64,000 nucleotides of DNA from Cyanophora paradoxa CCMP329 (Eukaryota > Plantae > Glaucophyta): NCBI GenBank assembly GCA_004431415.1, contig QPMI01000249.1, positions 25,079 to 89,078 of the forward strand, given 5' to 3'. Each line of letters starts with the position of its first letter. The first letter of the stretch is position 1. Shown here piece after piece: positions 56,293 to 64,000 of the stretch. The position numbers were made by a program, and so were the translations under genes. The notes beneath the pieces were generated by a model. It searched no databases, was not told the origin of the DNA, and saw only the letters and a list, made by a program, of their open reading frames with translations.

Positions 56293-59200
56293 CTACGCGA
56301 CGGGGGCGGGGGCGGGGGCGGGGGCGGAGGCGATCGCGACGGCCTCGTCGGCGAGGGCGGAGAGGAAGGCGGCGAGGGCCGGCCGCCGCGCCCGCACCGC
56401 CCCCGCCCCGCCTCCAGCGCCTCCGCCGCCGCCGAGCCGGCGGGCGCCGCCGCCGCGAGCTCCGGCACGGCGCGCGCGGCGGCCGCGAGGAGGGCCCGCC
56501 CAGGGCGCTCGCCGGCGCGCCGGGGCCGGGGCGCGACGGGCGAGGGCGGCGGCGAGGGCGGCGGCGGCGGGGCGTCGGGGCCGCCGGGCCGGTCGCAGGC
56601 GGCGCAGGCGACCTCGACGGCGGCGAGGGCCGCCGCAGGCTCCGCGGGGCCCTGGACGCCGCCTCCGCCAGGCTCGCCCCCGGAAGCGTCTCATCCCCGC
56701 CTGCACGCGCTTCACGCGTCAACAAGGCCAGGCGCGGCGAGGCGCGGCGCGGCGCAGCTGCGCACGGCGGGGCCCCAGGCGGGGAGGCGGAGCATTCCGG
56801 CGAGGGCGCGAAGGCCGAACTTGGGACGCCGCTCTTGGCGGACGCGGCGGCGGCGAGGGCGGCGCGGGCGAGGGCGGCGGCGGCGGCGGGGTCGGCGGGG
56901 GCGAGGGCGGCGGCGCAGGCGGGGTCGGCGGCGAGCTCGGCGAGGAGGTACACGGCGAGGGTGCCGCCGGGCCGCTCTTGGCCTCGGCGGCCCCCACGAG
57001 GCGGGCCAGGCCGGCGGCGACGCCCGGCTGCGCGAGGCGGAGGCGCAGGGCGGCGAGGGGCGCGCAGGCCGGCCGGAACTCGACCGAGGGGCACGTCTCC
57101 GCGTCGCAGGTCAGCAGCGCCGCCGCGCGCGCCGCCGCCTCCGCCAGCGCCGCCGCCTCGGGCCCGTCGCCCCGGCGAGGGCACAAGCGAGGGCCGCCCC
57201 GCACGCCGGCATCGCCGACAGCGCCGCGAAGCTCGGGAGGCGCGACGCCGGCGACCCCGCCGGCAGCGGCCGCAGCTCCCACGCCGCGTCGAATCTGCCG
57301 CGCGCTCAGCGCAAGGGGCGCGGGGGACGGAGAGAGCGCGATGGAGGCGCACCCGACGGCGGCGTCGATGGCGGTGAGGGTGTGGTTCAGCAGGCGGAGC
57401 GCCCCGAGGCGCACGCGGGCCTCCAGGGGCCCCGGGCGCGCCAGCAGGGAGAGGAGGAGGGCGGGCAGGGCGGCGGGGAGGGCCCCGAGGGGCGGCTTCG
57501 CGCGGAACGCTTCCAGTAGGCGGCCCTCGAGGGAGGCGGGGGCCTCCCCGGCCTCCGCGCACGCCCCGAGGTCGGCCTCGAGCGCGCCCAGCAGCGCCGC
57601 CAGCTCGGGCGACGCCGGCGCCTCGGCCGGCGCCGCCGGAGCCGGGAGCCCGAGCCGGAGGCGACGCAGGGCGCCAGGCGGACGACGGGCGCGGGGCAGG
57701 CTTGAACCAGCGCTCGAGGGCCGCCGCCTGCGGGCCCGGCGCCGGCGCCGCCTCGCCCGACGCCGGCTGCGAGGGGGCTGCGGCTGGGAGCCCTGCGATC
57801 CGGAGCCCGAGACGGGGCCGCAGGCGTCCTTCGGCGGCTGCGGGGCCCGTCAGAGCGGGGCGAGCAAGGCGGGATGCGAGGGGCCCAGCACGCCTCGGCG
57901 ATCGTCGCGCGGGGCTCCTTAGGCTTCTTGGCGCCCGAGGCGCCGGGCGCGTCCTTCGGCGGCTGCGGGGCCCGTCAGAGCGGGGCGGGCGAGGCGGGAT
58001 GCGAGGGGCCCAGCGCGCCTCGGCGATCGTCGCGCGGGGCTCCTTAGGCTTCTTGGCGGCCGGGGCGCCGGGCGCCGGCTCGGCCCCGGCGGGGCGCTTT
58101 GCCTTCTTGGGCTTCTTGAGGGCCTCGGGGCCCTCGGCGCCCCCCTCGGCGCCCCCCTCCGCCTTCGGCTTCTTGACCTTTGGCTTCTTGGGGGCGGGCG
58201 CAGCCTGGGAGGCCCCCGCGGGGTCCGCCGCCGCCGCCGCCGCCGCCGACGCGTCGCCGGGGGCGGGCGCGGGGGCGGCCCCCTCCTGGCCCTCCCCAGC
58301 CTTCTTCTTCTTCTTGGGCTTGGGCTTCGGCGCCGCCGCCGCCGCCGGGTCCGGGAACGGGCTCACGGGCGTCACTGCTCCGGCGCGCGCGCGCGCGCGC
58401 GCGTGAGGCGGCGCGGCGGGCGTGAAGACAGCGGGCCGGGGGCGCACGGGTGAAGGCGCGGACGCGGTACGTGTTGAGGACCCGGACAGGGTCCTTGGGG
58501 TCTGCCGCCCCGCCTCAGCGAGAAAGCCGAGCGGCGGGGCGCGGTGGGCGGGCGGGGGGGGCGGACCGAGGGTGGCGCGCTCGATGGCAGCGGCGTCGAA
58601 GAGGCAGCCGAGGAGGAAGTTGCCGAGCTCGGCGTCCTTCTTGCGCGCGACGCCGCCCAGCTGGCTCGCGATTTTCGCCGTCGCCACGCACTCCAGCGTC
58701 TCCAGCCGCCGGCCCCGCGACCCCCGCTCTGCCCCCCGCCGCTCAGCCGGCGCCTTTGCGGGGAGGAGGCAGAGGAGTGGGCGCGCACCGCTCTCGGGCC
58801 CGCCGTCGGCCTCGGCGGCGTACCCGGCCTCCTCGCGGGCCTCCTCGTCCACGTAGTCGATGACGTCGTCCGGCACGAGGAACTCCTGCGGGGTCGTCAG
58901 CCCCGCCCCCCCGCCCCCGCCGCCCCGCCCCGCCCCCAGCGGCGCACGTCGCCGTAGTAGCCCTGCTCGGTCGTCTTCTGGTGGGCGCCCTCCTCGTCGT
59001 CCGCCCCCGCCGCGTCCTTGTCGTCTGCCGCCGGCCGCAGGCTCCGGGTCAGAGCCAGCGCGGGGACGGGAGGGCGGGGAGCGCACCCTCGCCCTCGGAG
59101 TTGGAGATGTCCTCGCAGGGCCCGGCCTCCTCGTCGCCGTCCTCGAACTCGTCGTCGCTGTCCACCTCGTACTCCAGCTCGGGGTCGCGCCCCGCCCACC

Positions 59201-61725
59201 GCCGCGCCCGCACCTCCCGGCTCTTCCGCTTGTACGTGCCCCAGTATGCCGGCCGCTTGTACGGGTAGTTCCCCGGGCACTGGCACTCGATCCGGATCAG
59301 CTTGCAGCGGCTCCGCAGCGCGCTCTGGCCGGGCGTCAAGAGGGGAGAGCAGAGGGCGGCGGCGCGGAAGGGGACGGACCGCGCGGGAGATGTTGTGCGC
59401 CTCGCAGATCTCGCGGATGCGCTCGTTCTGCAGCGCGAGGCGGCGCCGCTCAGCCGCCGCCGCCGCCGCCCACTCCCGCAGCGAGGCCCCCAGGACCTCC
59501 GCGCTCGGCTCGGGGTCGCCGATGGCGGGGGCCGGCACAGGCCGCGCGGCCGGCAGCGCCGGGGCGATGACGGAGCCGGCCGGGCACTCGAAGGGCTGGA
59601 ACAGCAGGTCCTCCATCTGCCGTGTCGCGTCAACGGCTGATTCGAGCGGGGCGGGGCGGGGCGGGGCGGGGCGGCCCGCGCGACGCACCCCGCGGCGGTT
59701 CTTCTTCTTCGTCGGCTCCCCTCCGGCGCCGCGCCGCCCGCTGCCGCGCGTCAGGCGGGCTGGGGCGGGCGGCCCGGGCCGGGGCAGGCGGCACCGTCGC
59801 TGGCGGGAGCGACGGCGGGCTTGGCGGATGCCTTGACGAAGGAGAGGAGGAGCTCACTCTGCCGCTTCGTCGTCTGCTCCCGCGCGGCCTTCTCCTCCGC
59901 CTTCTTCCGCGCCTGCGCGACGCCGGCGCCGCTCAGCAGCGTCCAGCGGGGCGGGAAGGGCGCTAGAGACGCGCACCGCCTCGGCCTTCTCGGCCTTCTT
60001 CCGCTCCCGCTCCAGCTTGCCCGGCGACACCGGCGCCGCCGCGGCGCCAGTGGCGGCCTTGGACGGCGACGCGGGCGCCGCCACGGCCGCCGGCTGGTCG
60101 GACGGCGGCGAGGCCGTCGGCTGGCTGGACGGCGTGTTTTGGGGCTCCTGAGACTCCTGAGCCTTCGCCGGGGAGTCGGAGGGCGCCGCCGCCGATCCCG
60201 CCTCGGCCGGCGCCAAGCCGTCGGCCATGGGCGCCGCTGGGAGTCGGGGGCGGGGGCCGCGGGGGCCGCGGGGGCCGCCGCAGGGGCCGCAGCGGCGGGC
60301 TTCGGGCCGCGCCGCTTCTCGCCGAAGCTGACGCGGAGGGCGAGGGCGACGGCGAGGTCGAGGCGGTCGCCCAGGGCGGCGAAGGCGGCGCCGACGGCGG
60401 CGGCGTCCTCGTCGGTGTGGCCCCTCGGCACGAGGCCCGCCTCGGCCGCCACGAACGAGAGCGCCGCGTCCACCGCCGAGCGGCTCGTCCCCTTGTAGTG
60501 CTTGTCCAGCTGCGCCCCCCCACCTCGGCGGAGGTAGGTGCGGGGCCCCCGCGCCCCAACGCCGCGCACCTGGATCAGGAGCTGCCCCAGCGTGTAGCGC
60601 ATCTTCTCCTCGGGGCTCTGGCCGGCCACGTGAGAGGCAGGACGAAGGCGGGCGCCGGCGGGCGCCGCACCTTGTCCTTCTTCGGCTGCTGCGTGGCGGC
60701 GCCCTCGGCGCCCTCGCCGTCGGCCTGCGCCCCCGCCTCGCCGCCGTCCGGCGCAGCACCGCCCTCGGCCGCCTTGCTCTTCCGCTTGCGCGGCTCCGTC
60801 GCTTTCGGGGTGGCGGCCGCGGGGTCCGATGGGGGTCCCTCGGCGCCGTCTGCCGGAGCAGGGGATGGCCCGTCCTGCGCCGCCGGCTTCCGTTTCCGTT
60901 GCTTCTTAGGGCCCGCCGCAGCGGGAGTCGCCGTCCCGTCCGCTGCTGCTGCCGCCGCTGCTGCCGCCGCGTCCTTCTTCGGCCGACCGCGCTTCTTCGC
61001 CGTCGGGGCAGGCGCTGCGGGCGTGGCTGGCGTGACCGTCGCCGGTGCCGCTGGCTTCGCTGGCGTGGGCGCTGGCTGCTGCTGCGGCCTGGCTGGTGCG
61101 TCCTGCTCCGCGGGCTTGCCGGCTGGCGTTGGCGCGGGCTCACACTCATTCGAGGAGCGCAGTGCCACGAGCTCCGGCGCGAGAGGAACGCTGACGCTAT
61201 CCTTGACCGCGTCGGACGGCACGTCCCGCTCGGGCGGGCTGCGCGAGCGCTCTTCGTCTTCGTCCAGCTCGATCACTCCTCCCGGCGTTTGCTTCCCGGC
61301 GATCGAAGAGCGGTGGGGTGGGCTGAAAAATGACTCGGCTCCCTCGTTGTCTGCGAGTTTGGCCGCGTTAGAGGTCGGAGGATCAATTGAGCAGAGTGCC
61401 ACGAACCCTTCGCCTTCCCGCCGGCCATCTTCACCTTCTTCGCTGTAGGAGATTCGTCCTCCTCTCCAGTCGTGCGCTTTGCCGCCGCCTTCTCCTCGGC
61501 CGCTGCAAGAAGGTTGGCGCCAGTTTCGAATTTCAACTCTTGACGGAGCGGGGCGGGCGCGATGCAGAGGAAGAGCGCACCAGGCATGTACTTCTCTGAC
61601 GTTGAGACGGCACTCGCAGCCGGCTTCTTGACCCACCGGTCAAGCGTGGCTGCTTTGGCTGCCTTCGGCGCGGGCGGCGCCGCGGCGGGCGCTGCCGGCG
61701 CCTGCGAGTGCGTTGGAGCATCCAT
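56293..61725 (-). CDS. CHAF1A: Chromatin assembly factor 1 large subunit (p150/Cac1/FAS1)-like, multi-exon
   Basis: CAF1A motif KRPAYWGTYKRKS..V..R...GRDPELEYEVDSDDEFE, FLVPDD acidic box, short KER-like segment ending QSELLLSF (PIP-like). Confidence 0.8.
57824..58075. repeat. About 125-bp tandem duplication inside the CAF-1 gene
   Basis: GCGTCCTTCGGCGGCTGCGGGGCCCGTCAGAGCGGGGCG...GGCTCCTTAGGCTTCTTGGCG at 57824 and again at 57949. Confidence 0.9.
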
Positions 61726-62058
61726 CAGCGCACGGAAGGCAGGAGAGGCGGGGCGGGCTCACCTCCATTCAAACCTGCTCGACCTGCCTGTACCCCACCG
61801 CAAGCCTGTACCCCGCGAGCCGCTGCCTCAACTTGCACGCGGGCCGCTCTCCAGTTCAAACGAGACCCGTACGGCACAGCAAGAACTCCAGAAGCGAACA
61901 GCGCAGCTCCTCCGCCGGTCCGACGTGGCGGCCACGGCCGGCCGGCGCAGGCTGGACGCGGTAGCGCGTCCGGTTGGCTCAGGAGTTCGTCAGAACCGAT
62001 TTAGAGCAGCCCCGGGCCTGTTAAGCTTAGCTGGCGAGCCAGCCCGGCAGCGCTAGCC

Positions 62059-63770
62059 ATGATAGAACCGCACCACAGGGACGTCTACCTCGAGGATCTG
62101 GAGTGGAGGATCAACCGCAGGGGCGGCCTGTCGGAGGAGGAGAAGCGGCGACGCAAGGAGGAGTCCGAGCGCAAAGCTCGGCAGGCGCAGCTCGACCGTG
62201 CGCACCGCATGGAGCGGAAGGCGAGGGAGCTGTTTCAAGTACGCGATTCGCCACGCCCCCCGCCCCGCCGCCGCCGCCGCTGCGCTGAGCCGCCCCGCAG
62301 GTCACGGGTGCGAGCCGGCGGCTGCCTCCTCCCGCCCCGCCGCGTGCGCCGCCTAGCTGAGCGGTGGGGCGGGGCGGGAGCAGACCTGTCGCGGGACGGG
62401 TGGGTGGACTACCACGAGATGGCGCTGGCGCTGCGGTCGCGGAACATCCTGATCAAGCAGGAGGAGGTGCAGAGCGCCTTCAAGATGGTCGACAAGGACG
62501 GCAACTGCATGGTCGACGTCAAGGAGTTCGTCCACGGTCCGTCCGCCGCCGCCCCGCCCCGCCCCTCCCCGGTCCGTGCATGTCCCTGACTCACCGCTCT
62601 CTGCAAGGGATGACGCGCGGGATGATCGACATCTACATGCTGCGGAACCCGTCGCTCCCCGGCGCCTCCATCGCAGACTCCGTCAAAGTGCGTCCGTCCG
62701 CCCCGCGCCGCACCGCGCCCCGCCCAGCCCGTGATCCTCCACCTCGCCGCCAGATCCTCTTCGCGGAGTTCGGGGAGGGGGGCCCGCTGAAGCTCCCCGA
62801 GTTCGAGCGGCTCATGCGGCGCATCAAGCCCGGCATCACCACCCACGAGATCCTCGTCCGCCCCCCCAGAAGCCTCCCCCTGGGCGCGGGGCGTCTGAGC
62901 GCCGCGCGCCGCCCCGCCCCGCCCCCCCCCCCCAGGTGCTGTTCCTGAAGATCGCGCCGGGGAAGGACGGGGCGATCACGCTGGAGATGCTCCTCAAGGC
63001 CACCGCCAAGGGCGTCCTCGACCTCCGCGGCGTCGTCGTCCGCCCCGGCCCCGCCCGCCCCGGCCCCCGCCCGCCCCGCGCTGAGCGCCCCGGCGGCAGC
63101 TCGAGGAGGACGAGGGCCCCCGCGACCGCGCCCGCTGGCTCCCCGTCGCCACCGACCGCCCCACCCCCTCCCGCCGCCCCTCCGACGCCGCCGTCGCCGC
63201 CATGACCTGGCGGTCCGCCCCCGCTCGCCCTCTTAGCAAAGGTGGCCGCTTCCTTCCACGCCGCCCCGCTGAGCCTCGGCGGGCGGGCGTGGCGTGCAGG
63301 CCGGAGGGGAGCCCGCCGGCGCCGGATCCGAACCCCCTCGGCTACTTCTTCTCCGACTACGAGCCTGACCCCGAGCCGCCCACGTGCGCCCGCGCCCGCT
63401 CCTCCGCCGCCGGCGCGCCGCTCACGGCGCGCAGGCTGGGCATCTACGACCCGTTCCCGCCGACGGTGTCGCTGCACCCGGAGCACCCGGAGGTGCAGGC
63501 GATCCAGCGGCAGCAGCGCTCGCGCGCCGGCTCCCACGCCCTCGCCACTCGCGAGGAGCGCTCCGCCGCCCTCCGGCCCCCCTCCTCCCGCTCCCCGCCC
63601 CCGGCCCCCGCCCTCACCCTCGGCCCCGCCTCCCCCTCCGGATCCGCCTCCCCGCGCCCGCCGACCTCGCCGCGCCCGCCGGCCTCGCCCCGGGCCTCCC
63701 TCTCCCCGGCCGCCTCCTCCCGCCCCGGCGTCGCCGGCGCCCGCCGCCCGAGCGGCGCGATCCTCGAGTG
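62059..63770 (+). CDS. EF-hand calcium-binding protein with Pro/Ser-rich tail, multi-exon
   Basis: EF loops DLSRDGWVDYHE and DKDGNCMVDVKE, plus a degenerate second pair (GEGGPLKLPEF, PGKDGAITLE). Confidence 0.8.
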
Positions 63771-64000
63771 AGGCGCCCTCGCGCGACGTCGACGCCGCCT
63801 GTCCCCCGCGCCTCTTTCGAGTCGAGCAAGCGATGGAGCAGAGGGCGATTGCTCGTGCTGCTATTTACATGCACATGCACGCGCTCACAAGGATCCGAAC
63901 ACCACCTCCGAGAGAGCGCGCAGCGCTAGCGCTTCTGACTGTTTTGAAGCTTTGCGACTTGCCGCGCGCAGGGGACTGGGCCTACTGTCGAACTCTTGCC

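Noticed and set aside
1-64000. Hundreds of long Arg/Pro/Gly/Ala-rich ORFs, including 600-900 aa ones
   Set aside because: Expected from stop-codon scarcity at very high GC; they are antisense or off-frame shadows, or read through introns.

Overview
GC-rich, intron-dense eukaryotic genomic DNA. Introns are short (about 50-120 nt) and many use GC donors. The plant-type U6 3' end and USE-like promoter motifs hint at an Archaeplastida-like alga or protist (inference only). Most listed ORFs are GC artefacts; the real genes are multi-exon and their spans below are approximate. Host genes: TraB-family protein, coiled-coil protein, ankyrin-RING protein, standalone PADR1/Zn3-like protein, a large secreted metallopeptidase-like protein, a type I membrane protein, BT1/FBT transporter, WD40 protein, UBA2/SAE2, two F-box proteins, MFSD12-like transporter, U6 snRNA, CAF-1 large subunit and an EF-hand protein. 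Two retroelements fill 17-31.4 kb. (1) A tyrosine-recombinase (DIRS-order) retroelement (gag, RT-RH-MT, YR) in which one 162-nt structured leader precedes BOTH gag and pol, the Gag appears to carry a signal peptide, and the 3' half is a fold-back rearrangement. (2) A young gag-only LTR element (283-bp LTRs, GGGTC TSD) in an intron. Its primer-binding site has selenocysteine-tRNA geometry, and it also carries PBS-complementary structured repeats and extra PPT copies. All family assignments come from motif recognition, not database searches.
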